64,000 nucleotides of DNA from assembly GCA_030704615.1 (NCBI GenBank), contig CM060731.1:1798001-1862000 (forward strand), read 5' to 3'. Position 1 is the stretch's first letter, and every line of letters starts with the position of its first letter. The DNA comes from Takakia lepidozioides (Eukaryota > Plantae > Bryophyta). Below the pieces are notes generated by a model. It worked only from the letters and a program-made list of their open reading frames with translations, did not search any database and had not been told where the DNA came from. Of the stretch, positions 1 through 13,571 are shown one piece after another. The translations under genes were made by a program, and so were the position numbers.

Positions 1-487
1 CAAGGGTCTACCCACTCTCGGCACTAGACTGAAATTTAAACTCAGGGCAGGAAGCCTACCTTTGAACAGCAAACAGAAGCAGAGAGGAAAGGGAGAGTGC
101 AATTGCCCGTTGTGTGGGCAATCTGAAGACAGTATTCATTTTCTGATACAGTGTCCGGGGTTCTCTCACCAAAGAGACGCTCTCTTCAAATCTATCAAGG
201 GAATTGTGCCTGTACCCCTGTTTACCAACTTTGAAAGTCTCGAGGCTGAGCCAAAAGCCCAGGCCCTCCTGAGGCCTAGTTTTTGGGCAAATCACACACA
301 GCAGATTGATGCTTGTGTGAAGGGATTTCTAGAGGATATCTGGAAAACCCGGATTAATTCTATATATGAAGGTAAGTCTTACTACGAACGTCAGCCCCTG
401 ACAGAGGTAGGTTCTGTCCCTTTTGTTCCCGCTCAAACTGGGCGCGGGGTCAATGGCCACAAGGCTACGGCAAACAACGTCTTATGA
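1..487 (+). mobile_element. Non-LTR retrotransposon (LINE) ORF2 C-terminal remnant with CCHC-type zinc knuckle, inside a PFK intron
   Basis: ORF 62-487 contains CPLCGQSEDSIHFLIQCPGF (C-x2-C...H-x4-C), typical of LINE ORF2 C-termini. It lies upstream of the first visible PFK exon. Confidence 0.6.
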
Positions 488-1207
488 GTACAATCTTTCT
501 TCCCCTATCAGGCTCTCCACCTTAGAGAATCTCTTGATGTTGAGTAGTCGTTTTTGGGCTGCTTGCTGAGGGCCCCACGTCTTTCTTGTATGCTTCTCTC
601 TCTTATCCCAGAAGTTCTTTGAGCTTTCCATGGATGTTATAAAGGTTTTATGGTTTCTTTCTTTCTTCCCATAGGCCCGTTGGGCTTTAAGTGGACAGTG
701 TGTGTGCTTAAGATCACTATCCACGAGTATGCATCGTAGCACCAAGCTTGAAATCTGCTGGACCTGCATCCTGCTCTATGAATCACGCACCTTGATTTAT
801 CTGGCATTTACAGTCAGCTCTCTTGTACTGAAGAAGTCTTCTAGTGGCCGCAACTGCTCACTAAAAGTCTTGGTCCTGGGGAGGCTGGTCTTACGCGTTT
901 GAGCTGTCACTACCTTTCCCAGTTGTTGGTGCCTTAGTGACAAAAGCTAATGTCATAACTTGGCTACTGTCTCCAGTTAATAGACTTGGTAATGTAGTGA
1001 TTACATGGTCGTTGTATGGTGTGACTGTCTGCAATTCGATTGTTACAGCTGTAGAAATGAAGGTCAGCCAAGAGCACCAAGGCCTCAAGAGCAAATCTTC
1101 AAAAGTTTTATATCCAATCCAGGAACGAAGAAAGTTTTTGAGTTGAACCAGCTGTAGGCAACCTCTACAAACTGGCTTGTACCGGGAAAACATTGAGTGG
1201 GGTGCAG

Positions 1208-2727
1208 GTGAATTTTGTGATGGATGGGAAGTACGGAGTTTTGGAGTACATGAAAAGAAGAATAACTAAGAACGGAATCTGTGTTGTGGTCATTGCGGAG
1301 GGGGCTGGCCAGGTCAGCCTATTGCATCTGTCTTGCTTAGGGAAATCTTGTGTCTGAGCAGTATTTGGGAAGGTACATGTGGGCCCAGTGTCATCTCTGC
1401 TCTTCGAGATTCTGTTTGTAGGTTACTCTGGAGACATCCTGGTGACTCGGGTAGTCCTAGTTACTGGAGTAGCCTAGGTGTACAATTGCATTCAGTGCCC
1501 TCTTTTCTACAAACAATTCAACATCTTGTACGGCTTGAGGCTCAAATCCTTTAACAACGCCTAGATGACCTCAAGGTGTACTATCCTCTGAGGCCCATGA
1601 TAACACTGGTCCTGCCTTCAGTGGAGCACTATTGGGAGAAATAATTCTATAGATCATTTGGATTGCAGGACCTTTTGGAAGGAGTTGGGGGCAAAGATGC
1701 TTCTGGAAATCCAATTCTTGGTGATCTTGGCAAGTGGTTCACCAGCAAGGTTACTTCTTTAGTACCCACGGATTACTAAAAATATCACTATGAGGAACAA
1801 GTCTGTCCTAGTCTTCTTGTCTTTTGAGATTCTTTAATGCATGGAAAATCTAAAGAGATACTGTATGTGGCTCCTTGATGCCTACATTTGTGTTTCCTTG
1901 GAATTGCAAATTATAATTACTAAACGCTCTGATTAGTGGTTGTGATCTCTCACAAAGAACGCCGGGAATCAGCAGGGGTAATCATGCCTTCATACCTCTC
2001 GCAGAAGCTCTTCACACATCCCTCACAAGGGCTTTGGGCCTTCTAAGATTGAGAAATGGGCGTTTGGAGTAAACACCCCTGAGGCTAGAACTCGTCCTGT
2101 TTGTATCACCCAGGAAGTAGAGACAAAGTACCTTTTCCTTTTCCCCCTCCTGCCTAGTTTGAAACTTTCACTGAGAATCTCCTTGTTGGTGCATGTGGCT
2201 GGCAGGTGAAAGAGTACTTCAGTGGCATTAAAATTCCTATTGATGCAAAATACATTGATCCAACGTACATGATTCGTGCAAGGACTTGTAATTCCTCCGA
2301 CCACATTTTCTGCAGTATTCTTGGCCAAAATGCGGTGAGTCTCACCACTGGATTTGTTTCATATACACTGGGGAAGAACAACTGGTATACTCATTTTCTC
2401 ATTCCAGTTTATTGTAGATTCTGCTTTAGTTGCATCCACTGATATGGAAGTTGTGGATGGATTCAGGTCCACGGGGCTTTTGCAGGCTACACCAATATCA
2501 CAGTGGGGGTAGTCAACACGCACTACTGTTTCTTGCCGATTCCCCAAGTAATAAAGAAACCTCGAATGGTGGACCCTAACAGCAACATGTACCACCGATG
2601 TGTAACATCGACAGGGCAGCCTGATTTCAGCCCACCTAGTTTCATACCACCCTGGTCTCCTACTAATTCCACAAGGAGAGTGTCATCGGCGCCCCACCCC
2701 CCACCTGACCACGGCAAAAAGAAGTAA
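1208..2727 (+). CDS. PFK: ATP-dependent 6-phosphofructokinase (PFK2/PFK5-like group), last 4 exons; gene starts upstream of the window
   Basis: GT-AG exons 1208-1312 (VNFVMDGKYGVLEY...VVVIAEGAGQ), 1669-1749 (DLL...KDASGNPILGDLG), 2206-2334 (KYIDPTYMIRA...ILGQNA) and 2467-2727 (VHGAFAGYTNITVG...TGQPDF) join in phase and carry plant PFK motifs. Confidence 0.92.
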
Positions 2728-4315
2728 TAGCAAGAAAGCTTGACAAGAAAGCAGGGATTAAATTTCCCTACTATCCTCTGGATCAGTAGCCTGTCCTTGT
2801 AATTGTGGGCATACAGGAGTGGGACCAGTAGTGGAGCTGTCCTGATGTCACATTCAGCTGATTGAACATTTGTCACACAGATTTCATGCCAGGATGCTAA
2901 CTGGAACATTTCCATGTGTACCATAGTTGTGCTCTGGTCATTTTCTAGCTGTAAATCAAAGTTGAGCTCTCTCAGGCGAAGTCTCATTTGTGTAGTACTA
3001 AAAAGTATCAGGTTTACAAGCATCCTATTCTGCACACTCAAATGAACACACCAACTTTGCAAAGGTAACTCTTACCCTCACGCTACTATTCCTAGAGGTA
3101 TCAGAAGTTTCAAGTTGCGAATGAGGTTTTGCATGATGCAAAATGGAATGTCTAACTGTTAGTAGACAATGCAAGTGCCCTTAAGCCACTTGATAGGTCT
3201 CTGGAGCCATCAAATGGACATGATGAATGAAGTCAGGAAGGGTAATCCAGGTATTAGGTTTACAGCGTCAATACACTTGTAGATGGCAATTAAAGAGTAG
3301 ATACAGAAAATCAGGTTTTGAGAAAATGGCCCAATTGAGAAATTTATGTCCATCCCAAATTTATGTCCATCCCATCGGATGTTCAGTCAGCTTCCAATCT
3401 GTCATGGACTTGGTTTTTCGCTGTTGAAGATTTGGCCTTCATTAAATATGATGTAACGGTTCTAAAGAAGACAAGATTACATGCTCTCACAAGCAAGCCT
3501 GTGGTGGTAATATGGCTATCCACCATCAGCTGCTTAGCTCACCCTTGCCTGGGAAGGAAAGGAAGTTCGGTTTTGGCTGTCTGCTCCTGGTAGCAGAGTC
3601 AAGACTCATTAGTCGCACTAGGCAACACCTCCCAGACAAAGATGTGATTTGTCTGGCATAATGTGCATGTTTGCTGACTTACGTGAATCCTCACAACAGT
3701 ACATTATTCTGCATCTGGCAGAGAGACACGGATTGCCTCAGAGTTGTCTGCCAACAGCAAACTTCCTTGATCTTGACTATCAACACTAGCAACATCCTCG
3801 GTTCAGTTGGTCCAATGCAGTTATGACAGCGGTCCCCCTGAAGTATTCTGACATCCATATAGGTGGCATTGTCACCTGATAGGGCTAATTGAATTTTCTT
3901 TGATCGACCAGCTCCAGAGACATACCCATGATCATTAGTCATTGGGTGCTGAAGCCCCTTGAAAAGTGAGGGTTGAATGGACTCTAGATTCAGTTCAATC
4001 TACAACATTCAAACACTCTGCTCTTCCTCCTTTAAATTCCACCCACCACCACCATACAACCTGATTGACCTACCTAGTGGAGATCACCCTGTACTGTTCG
4101 CTACTCTTTTTGAAATACTTTTGTGGGCAGACCATTCATACATTCAAGAGACACAGCATAGCACCAACTCACTCCATCCTAAAGGGACCCAATTGCTCAG
4201 GTAGTAAGGTCATGCATTGAATATGTTTAGGTGCTTGCAGACATAGTCCGCTTCTATACAAGCTCTAAGGGAACTACAACCCCAAACAATGGAACAGGAA
4301 TTTCCGTTTGAGTGC

Positions 4316-6389
4316 CTACAAGCTAGGAGTGCGCTCGGCTGTGCCTTGCAAGACGGTGAGCAAGTTATTTCCAAAAGGATCGCTCAAGTGAGCTGACAAG
4401 TTCTCAACAGGGCCCTCGCCAGTGACATAGGCCTGAATGAAGAAACCAAGCATGGAGAACATGGCCAGCCTGCCGTTCTTGATCTCCTTCACCTTCAACA
4501 GAGCAAATGTGTCTGGGTCCTTAGCTAAACCCAGGGGGTCAAAGGCACCACCTGGGTGGAGCCTGTCAAGATCCTGGACAGTAAAGCACATTTCATATGA
4601 AAAGAGCTTCTCCTCATACAATTGAGATATATAGCGACTGGGACAGTGCAAACACATAATATATTCATCACAAGGTAGAAGGCTCACTGTACAATGCTCC
4701 ATTTCACAATTAGATAGAAATTAATGCAATTCTGGAACCCTCCTACTCGTGGCCTGATAGAGCAAGCATCCAAACTGTACTCATACCGATCCCAATGGTG
4801 ACTTGTTGGTGGATCTGTAGTACTCTGCTCCTCCAACCAACACAACCTCAGCTAGTACAGCGGCAGCCAAGTTGACAGGAATGGTTGCTCCGAAGTAGTT
4901 CAAAGTGTCGCCGTCTAACAGGAGAGCTCCAGTCTGTATTCAAGTTTCAAAGCAAATTATCCACTAGAAGAATGCAGATTTATTCAAATCTTTGAATTCA
5001 ACAGGCCAAGGAAGTCCACCTGACTTCCTCTCTAGGGCTGAGAACCACCATTTGTATTGATACCTACTTCTCATCACTCTTCCTTAAAACACAGAATGGC
5101 AAACTGACAAACATACCATTACCCCTCCTTGCATGTTTAAGGCATGTACATGGCCCTCTCCGTTAACACTGAACCCTTATGAGTGTAAGAAGTTAACATA
5201 GAAATTTAATCATGAAAAATACCTTGAACCAAACTGCCTCAGGTCCACAAGTAGCGCCAAATTTGTTGAAAGCCTCTGGCAAGATAAATCCAGCAGCTCC
5301 AAGCATGGCCCAACGGGCATGAATCAGCTCATAAGCCTGGTACCTGAGCAAACGGTGTGCTTGAAATCAGATCCTATTCGGATCTCGTCATGCTTACAGC
5401 AGAGAACAAAACCGGGAAATACAGAAAACATGCCAGACTGGAGTGAGCTCACTTGTCGAAGTCCGAGGGCTTCTTGCTCAAACCAAAAGGGTCGAAGCCA
5501 TAGCTGCACAGACACACACACGGGAAAGAGGTGAGTTTCGAATCGTGTGCAAAATAACATTGTAATGGAAATGTATGGGCACGCGGTCTGAGGTGTGTGA
5601 ACTTTTAGCTAAATGGAGGTGAACCATATTCATTGACTGTGGAGACAGGGAAGATAATTACTCTCCGGGAACTTCTCCAGTCAAGTAAGCTGGCACTTCA
5701 GATTTGTCGAGAAGACCTTCCGGAAGGTAGATTCTGCGGTCGGGACCTGCAAAACCGTGACACCTTAGAAAACACTATTCCATTGCACCTGGAATGCAGT
5801 ACCATCACAAACGCGATACAACGAGAAACACACCTTTTCAGTGGGTGCATTGAACGAAGTGATTCACCATCTTTAATTCCACACCATGATAAGGCCTAGA
5901 AGCTCTGACGGGAAATATCAACTTCCTGACCCCAGTCACAAGAGTGGGAGGGGACTACAGTCAAACTAATGTGGAAATCTATTCAATCTCGCGTATTTGG
6001 ATATCCTCCTCTGCAACAAGATTGTTAATCCACAGGGGAATAAAAAATCGATCTGCAGCACATCAAAGCATGCAAACAGGAGCTATTGATGCAGACCCAG
6101 AAACAAATTAGGCATTGTCACAGTCCCTCATCAACTACAGGTAACGGGAACACTGTAATGGGACACGGAGAAACATATAATACATACCGTACCACTTGGC
6201 CAACTCCTCGTTGGCGGGGGCGGCACTCTTGGAGACCTTCTTGGCAGCAGGCTTCTTCTTTCCAAGTAGGGAGACTATTTGCGCTGTTGGTCTCACGGAT
6301 TTGCTCACAGAGCGAGCTGAGCCGGCGCTGAAAGCCTGCCCCAGCAACTCCGCACGCCCCAGAGCTGCAGATCCTGCCAATGCTGCCAT
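4316..6389 (-). CDS. LHCB5: Chlorophyll a/b-binding protein CP26 of photosystem II
   Basis: Six exons join in phase: 6389-6188, 5746-5662, 5503-5453, 5343-5223, 4933-4787, 4573-4316. Motifs include [54 protein letters not shown] and C-terminal GTAERTPSL. Confidence 0.97.
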
Positions 6390-6544
6390 CGCTCCGCTCT
6401 CAGATTGCTCTTGCAGCAATCGTGTCGCTCCAATTGTGCGAGAGGGAAGTCTCTCCCTCACGCAGGACCTTGGAGCTGTAGCGGCTTGAATGTTCCACCA
6501 TGTCCATGCCCCCGCCTACCCTCATGCCCATGCGACATGGGGTG

Positions 6545-6835
6545 ACCATTATCCGTCACCATTATCTGCTCCATGGATCATCGAGATACCAGTACATGCA
6601 TGCATACATGCATACGTGCATCTCTTTTATTGGTTTTCAAGTGGAGAAATCCCCGTGGCGCCAATCACGTGCTTCTCTTCCCATCTACTTTCTCTTCAAT
6701 ATCTCGATTAAACGAAATATATAAAGTAAATAAGACAGAAATCTAGAGAATAATTGAAAAATCAGAAAAATGAGCATTATCCTCACTTTTGCTGTTTTGC
6801 TGGGTTCTTTTATCATTCGGAGACTGGCACGTGGC
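6545..6835 (-). promoter_or_regulatory. Probable light-responsive LHCB5 promoter (G-boxes, GATA/I-box-like motifs)
   Basis: CACGTG at 6666-6671 and 6828-6833 (GCCACGTGCC on minus), and two GATAATGG motifs on minus near 6547 and 6559, all 150-450 bp upstream of the ATG. Confidence 0.5.
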
Positions 6836-8668
6836 AACGGGGAATGGCGCTGTCCGTCTCTTTGGCCCTCCACCTCCTGAGGCAAAGAGCACATCTGGAT
6901 TCGGATCCATTGAGATTGAGGAAGTTGAGTTGAAAATATTTGAAGGACAAATTGTCGATCAGGTGGACGAATGGTACTGATCCGGATCGAAAGATTTTAA
7001 AGGTGCGATCGAGGGACTGAAGCGGCTAGAACGAGTTGGCATGCTAGAGCGACTGTCTACAACTTGTACAGATCCCTCCTTGGTACCTGTTGGAGGAACT
7101 AAGGTAAGCAACATACAGTGCGATGAAGACGTCACAAAGTGCCAAAATCTGAGTCTAGAAAACCTGCAATTGAAAGCGTCCACCGCATTGTGCTGGAAAT
7201 GCTTGGTTTTCTTTCTCCCTGGAGTGGAATTGATGTTGCGTCCGATATCAATAGAAGGCTGAATGGGCTGGTCCTGTATAATGCATGGGCAACAGTTTTA
7301 CAGCATTGTGGAATTATGACGTTAGCCTTAGGTGCTTTGGACCACCAAGATGCAGCTTCCGACCTGCACAATAGTTACCGATGAGCACGTCACTAATGTA
7401 GGTCACATTCTTGACAATGTTATCATTTCAAATCGTATGGCAAAGTTTATTCATCACCAGCTTGTTTATGTAAGGATTAAATCTACTTCGACTATCTCTT
7501 GAGAAGCTGCTTCTGGACCGGTAGGGCCACGAAGTTCACTAGTCATGATTTAGCTGCACGACTTTAACTGGACTCGACGTGCAATAGCCTTGGCCGCTCC
7601 AGCTCATGCCCTTCATGATGCTTCACAAGTGCATAGAAAGTCAGACCAGCTAGAGCTATCTAATCAAACCATTCCACAGAAAATTAAGACAGAAATGAAG
7701 ACGAAATGATTATCTGCTGAGTTGGAGCACCTATGTGAAGTCCCTTTCTGCCTAAGAAGCGATCCAGTGAGGCCACCTCCGACCCCACCCCACACAGATG
7801 CACTGGGAGGATACACACCGGGAATGCCCTGTTCCAGGAAGGTTCATCTAACCACCTGGATATTACAGAATACCATTGGACTCCAGGGACGGACGACTTT
7901 CAAACACAGAGTGCGCAAGATTTATAAGTAGTAAATCAGCAGAGCTGCCATCTCTTGCATAGCAGAAGTTACAAATTAAGCTTCTTGGCTGGGAGCTCAA
8001 GTCATGCCTAGACGAAGAGGTGCGTTCATGGATTCGATTTGATAAATAGAGGTGTGCCTACTGTTTGTACATATGGTTGCACAATCGTGGACATACCCCG
8101 AAGGCCTAGGTTCACGTTTTCAACTTGTTCTTGGTGGGTATGGAGATTTGATGTGGTTGGTGGCGTCAATTGTAGATCCTAAGGGCTGGTTAATCAGCCC
8201 TAGGTCTCCACTAGTGGCCAGATTTTGACAAAATTAGAATTAACTTGACTAGGCACTAGATTTTGACTAGCACCTTCCCCAGACCAATGTTTGGCTTGTG
8301 CTTCAAGTCACTCTTCCTGCATTAAAATTTCAAAAAATGCCTGAATTAGCCTGGGTACTTGTAGTTTTGAACCTGCAGAAACACATAACTTAGCGCACTT
8401 AGAGTAATTGGAAATCTGAGTGATTCATTACCAGTTGATAAATTGGTAAGTGCAATCTTGAGCGTGCTTGCAAGGAACTGTGCACATCACTTAGTAATGA
8501 GAGCTCACAGTGGTCCTTCATGGTGATAATTCCTACAGTATAATTGTTCAGACTAAAGGTGATTCTCAGTCTAAGTGTGTTGATCTGCAATATGTGAGCC
8601 TTGGAGGTTGCCCATATCTTGCTTGCAGCCTGACCAGCACTTAATAACTTCAAGGGAATCTTGGGCAG

Positions 8669-10092
8669 GGCGTGATACCACTCTCCAAGCAGCTGGAATA
8701 CTTCAGAACGTATCAGACCAAGCTGGTCGACCTAGTGGGGCAAGACAAGACAGCTTCCATTCTATCAGATACCCTGTATTTTCTGAGTACAGGTGGCAAC
8801 GACTACCTAGTGGGCTATCTTCTCAATCCTATCGCCCAAAACGAGTACAACATCGCGCAATACAACAGCTTGCTGATTTCCAAGGCATCCCAGTTTGTAG
8901 AGGTATGAGTCAAGTAGTACGGTCTTAATTTCGACTGATTGAGCCTGGTCACGTCTGTGTGCAAAATACAAAGACCCTCTCTCTTTTTGTGCTGGCCAAG
9001 TTTATACATGTGTACATGTATACTCTTACTATAACTAGTAGCTACCAAGGTACGACTTTGATGCAATGTCGTCGTCAGACATAAGAGAAGCTCCCATGCA
9101 AGGTTTTTGACATTTTCTGACTTGCCAGCAATCGATGACATGGTTGAACAGTATAGTTCAGGAGATCAGACGTTTTTCAAGAACTAAATTCTAAAGCAAC
9201 TCTCCAGGATGATCGATTGATGTCAAGCCACGCTGTGTTTGGTGATTCGTGAACATGCTACAAGAAGCAGCAGCCCGTATTTGATAATAGATCATTGCTG
9301 TGATACAGGAACTCTACAAGGATGGAGCACGGAAAGTTACAGTTTTCTCTTTACCGCCCCTCGGCTGCCTTCCTGCACTAGTCACTCTTTTTGGAATTGG
9401 GCAAGATGGATGTGTGGAATCCTTGAACAAGATAGTACAAGCATACAACATTGACCTGCAGAACATGGCCAGGGGTCTCCAGTTCAGTTTGCCTGGATTG
9501 CGCGTGTTGTATATGGATGCCAGCTTCTCATTTATCAGGGATGCCTTCGAAAATCCTTCTGCTTACGGTGAGGTCGCTGGAGTCCTTTGTTATAAGTGAA
9601 ATCAGGTTGAAGTCAGCTGTTCATTGACTAGTCATCGAAGATGTTACTCTGTATCTACACTATGAGGAATGCTTCGAGAAACTAGCAATATTGTTCAAGT
9701 TCGTACAGCTTTGCAGTCAAGCAACGTACCAATGTGTTTTAGACAACTTGCAGAGACTCCTAACAGAAAAGAGATGTCAATCGTCTCGACACCACCCGTA
9801 ACTATTCAGGATGTCGTAAGCCCAGTTGGCCAATCCACCTCGTCGTCATGGTGACATCGTCTCTGACGATTTGAATCATAGTATGGCAGGTTTTACGGAG
9901 ACTAGGCGTGCCTGCTGTGGGACCGGCTCTTTTGAAGCTTCAAGTGTCCTGTGTAATGCCGACACCCAAGGAACCTGCGCAGACGCTTCCACCTACCTCT
10001 TCTTCGACTCAATCCACCCCACTCAAGCTGCCTACAAACAAATGGCAGAGGCTTTGGGCAACGACATTGTTGACTTCTTTCACTTGTTGTAG
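8669..10092 (+). pseudogene. GDSL esterase/lipase, 3' three exons only; 5' exons with the catalytic GDS motif not found
   Basis: Exons 8669-8902 (LYFLSTGGNDY), 9309-9567 (LYKDGARKV...LPPLGCLP) and 9890-10092 (ACCGTG...YLFFDSIHPT) are open and in phase. No GDS(L)/GRF exon was recognised between 6900 and 8660. Confidence 0.7.
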
Positions 10093-10184
10093 AAATGGGA
10101 GGAATCAGACCATAACGCTGTTTCTTTCAGAGCTAAAGCTTCTTAGATGCTCTGGCAGAACTGCGTCAGAGGACCTTTACGCCG

Positions 10185-11051
10185 TGTAAGGCTACCCTAA
10201 ATAGCGTACGGTCTGCTGGGACCATCCCCAAGAGGGGTTGCAGTGCCTCTCATTTTACAAGAATTGGGACGTTATGGCGCACGCTCGAGCTGACCGGTGG
10301 GCCCCGCACGGACGCCCGACTCCCCGGTCGCCCACCTGCTGCCGCGCCACCCGCGCTCCGCAGCGGCCCCAGTCTGCTGCCCATGAGTCCAGTTCCCCTC
10401 AGTCCGCCAAACCGCTGGGCTGCCGGCCAGTCTGCGGTGCACGCCAGTCCGTTGTGCCCGTCCACCCAACAGTCCGTTGTGCCCGTCTGCTGCCCCCAAT
10501 CTGCCAGTCCGCGCCGGCCGAAGGATCTGGATCGTCCATTCTGGAAAACCCATCCGCGCCATCCATGCCAGTCTGTTGTGCAAGTCCTGGCCAGTCCACC
10601 CAACAGTCTGCCCGCCAATCCGCCGCCCATGAGTCCACTTTCCTCCAGTCCACTGATGATGCCGCATCTGGACCGTCCGTTCGCAAATGCCATCTAAGCC
10701 CTCCATTTTTAGGCATGAATTCAGCAGCCGCGAACGTGCGCATTGATGTTCTTTGCATAATAACTGGTTCCTATGTTTGCGTTTTTTTTGGGGCCTTGCG
10801 TGTGCGCAAAGGCCCCTAGATACTAGTAAGTAATAACTGATAAATAGTAGGACGCAGGGAAGAGAGCCAGGTCTCTTTATATACCCTCAGAGGGCGGGTG
10901 GGACCTTCTAGAAGCCAGCTTGCCCCTCGAGCAGTGGGACCCTTCTAAGAAGGTTGCCGTGGGACGCATGTCGTCCCAAGGTGACACTTGCTTCCCCCAT
11001 TGCGCGTGAACCATCCCCTATTTAATAGGTCTCACCTTATACCCCCTTACA
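10185..11051. mobile_element. Possible solo-LTR-like element containing a GC-rich repetitive insert
   Basis: Bounded by inverted TGTAAGG (10185) and CCTTACA (11045-11051), with a TATATAAA-like box on minus near 10880. No TSD visible. Part of it is repeated at about 11741-11905. Confidence 0.35.
10225..10827 (+). mobile_element. Putative non-autonomous Helitron
   Basis: Candidate 5' A|TC at 10224/10225. The 3' end has a hairpin GGGCCTTGCG-TGTG-CGCAAAGGCCC followed about 11 nt later by CTAG|T. Internal imperfect CCAGTC(T/C)G repeats. Confidence 0.4.
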
Positions 11052-11740
11052 TGGCAGTTATTAAATCAAATCCTGGTGTAGCATACTATAGTCGTTCATT
11101 GTAGAGCCCACCTTCGAAAGGAGGCAGTAGCCGCAAGGCGAAGTGGCTCTTAGTTAGGCCGGTCTTTGCCAGGGTCTTCTCTCTCTCTAGTCGTTCATTG
11201 GAGTCATCTCGCTGACGTGTCATCTTTCTATTCACTCTGAGCAACCTGGTCACCAGTGATATTGGGATGCCCTCTCCTGATTTCCTACCCACCTTCCAAC
11301 CTACTAAACCATATTCAGGCCTCATCATGGATGTGTTTTACCATATTCCTTTCTCTTCTTGGATGAATATCATCCATATTATCTTTTCCTCTTGGATGAC
11401 GAATTTCATCTTTTGTCTATTTGGATGACATCAGAACGCGAGAGCACGGAAGTCAACCAGTAAAAGCAGAAGGTCACAGGTAGGTAGGTCGATAAAATGA
11501 ACTATCTGTGGTCTGTATTAAAACGTGAAGCTCCATGACTCTAATGAATGACTATGTCAGGTAACTTGCTCGAGGGCACCGGTTACCTAGTCCATAACCC
11601 CCGCTTTTTAATTCGTGGACCACCCTCTAATCTTCACACCAACTTCAAACCTGGGGCCCTTATATTCATGTTGGAGCTGGACCCCTTATTCATCTTTGAT
11701 CTACTTCTATTGATTTATCATGTCATGGTTTGTGATTTTC

Positions 11741-11905
11741 TTGGGGCCCTGCGTGCGCAAAGCCCCCTAGGTACTAATAACTAGTAAGTGAATAAGTAGT
11801 AAGTGAGAGGGGAAGAGAGCCCCTCACTCTCTTTATAGGGCGGTAGGACCTTCTAGAAGCCCACCAAGCCCTCAGCGGTGGGACCCTTCTAAGAAGGTTG
11901 CCTCC
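11741..11905 (+). repeat. Diverged direct copy of 10788-10960 (hairpin + CTRR + purine-rich/TATA segment)
   Basis: Shared blocks gggcc(t/c)tgcgtg..cgcaaag(g/c)cccctag, gggaagagagcc, ggaccttctagaagcc and gtgggacccttctaagaaggttgcc. Confidence 0.75.
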
Positions 11906-12350
11906 GTCACCTACACTTCTCCGGCTGCTGGTCTCTCTACACCATCCATGTATTAATGTCCTTGGCATGGGGTGCGCACTTTTCCGGGCCCTCTGGGAGG
12001 CCTCTTCTTAACCTTAATACAGGCTTTTTCTGTTCCCTGGTTAATTCCTGGACCACTATCTAAACCCCACACCCCCTTTCAAACTTGGGCCCTTATTCAT
12101 GTAGTTGCAACAATATAAGCAATTTTTATTTTTTTTCAAAAAAGGTCCGAGGAAGGCCATAAGCAATTCATGTGATCAAGGCTTCCTTAAACATATAGCA
12201 TTTGTTCAATTACCTTTTTTTATAATTACCTTGATGTGTTGAAATGGTTGGTTTCATCAAGTGTTGAAATAATCGCTTGCCATAGCTCCAAAAAATACAA
12301 GAAGCAACTCACAACTCTAATCAGTGACCTCCGGGCCTCCATGTCCTAAC

Positions 12351-13146
12351 CAGTGTTGGACCGATATATGGGGGTGAGGCGGGGTATCAGCACGGGTAAG
12401 GGTATCACGGCAGGGTACAGACCAGGCGGGTATAAGCAACTGGCAATACCCCGGGCAGAACATATTGGGGGCAATATAGTGAAACGCTAATACCTGGGCT
12501 CCTACCATACCAGCCTGGTATCGCAAGGAACGATACCAATATTATGTCTACCGTCGTCGCTTGCACCCTAGATATCAATATGTGGAGCTTAAGGGATTTA
12601 GGGATTTAGGGTGCAGCAAGGAGAGTTGCGGCTCTTTGATTGAGACAATCTGAATGGCGATTTTGGCGAAAATCTGCTTAGGCGTGGAGCATTGTCTCAT
12701 TTATCAGCCTGTAATATGGCTCTTGTAAGGTGACCTCAAATTACCTGAGGTGAGATCCCGCTCCTTGTTATTATGAATTGCGGCACTCAGCCGCTCAGGT
12801 GAGCGCTTCAGCCCATGAGGAGATCACTTCAGCGGCTGAAGTGCTCACCTCAGCGGTATAATTTGGACAGATTTTTATTTTTCAGTTTAAAAATATAAAT
12901 AAATAACTGTATTGACACCAGTATTGATATACCCCCTAGTATAAGATTTGAAATTTAATACTGATACCATACCATACTAGGCCAAACAAAAACAATATAC
13001 ATACCAGATTGGTACATCAAAAGCTTAATACCTACTTTGATACCATTACCTGCCAGGTATGAAGGAGGCGGTATGAAGGAGGCCTCTTCACCGACAATAC
13101 CATACCCTGGCTGGTATGAAATGTTGATGATACCGGTCCAACACTG
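12351..13146. mobile_element. Non-autonomous hAT element (MITE), 796 bp
   Basis: 17-bp TIRs CAGTGTTGGACCG(A/G)TAT with 1 mismatch, and a perfect 8-bp TSD GTCCTAAC at 12343-12350 and 13147-13154. Subterminal ATACC/GGTAT repeats. Confidence 0.93.
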
Positions 13147-13571
13147 GTCCTAACATTGTAAGGCGCATTAGCTTTCTTGCCCTAGCAGCGCGGTCCAAAG
13201 GCAAATATGACCCGTCATCACTCAACGGGCACTAGTGATGTACAGTGCCTCTTAATTGCCAGGTTTCATGGACCCTCCCAATCGGGCCCCCCCAGGAGCT
13301 GCCCCAAGAAGGAATCGTCCCTCCGTCTCCTTTCAAGTATACTTATCATACAAAAAGATCAGAACAACCCGGGGAGGGCAGCTGATTTAAAGTTGAAAGT
13401 ACTACTAGATCAGGGGGCGAGGCTGAAGAACGAGGCTGTGGTGCTTGGGCGGTAGCGGAAAGCTTTATGTTCGGTGAGGATTGGTGATGTTTGGGGGGAC
13501 TGGAGGAGTGATTTGGACATGTTACTGCCAATGTGGCAACAGGCAATCACGCAAAAACAGAGAGCAGAGGT

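Noticed and set aside
6860-7400. Coding-like segment upstream of LHCB5
   Set aside because: Interrupted by stops, and no motif I can assign.
10238-10819. Several overlapping 100-190 aa ORFs on both strands
   Set aside because: A by-product of GC-rich low-complexity repeats, with no recognisable domain.
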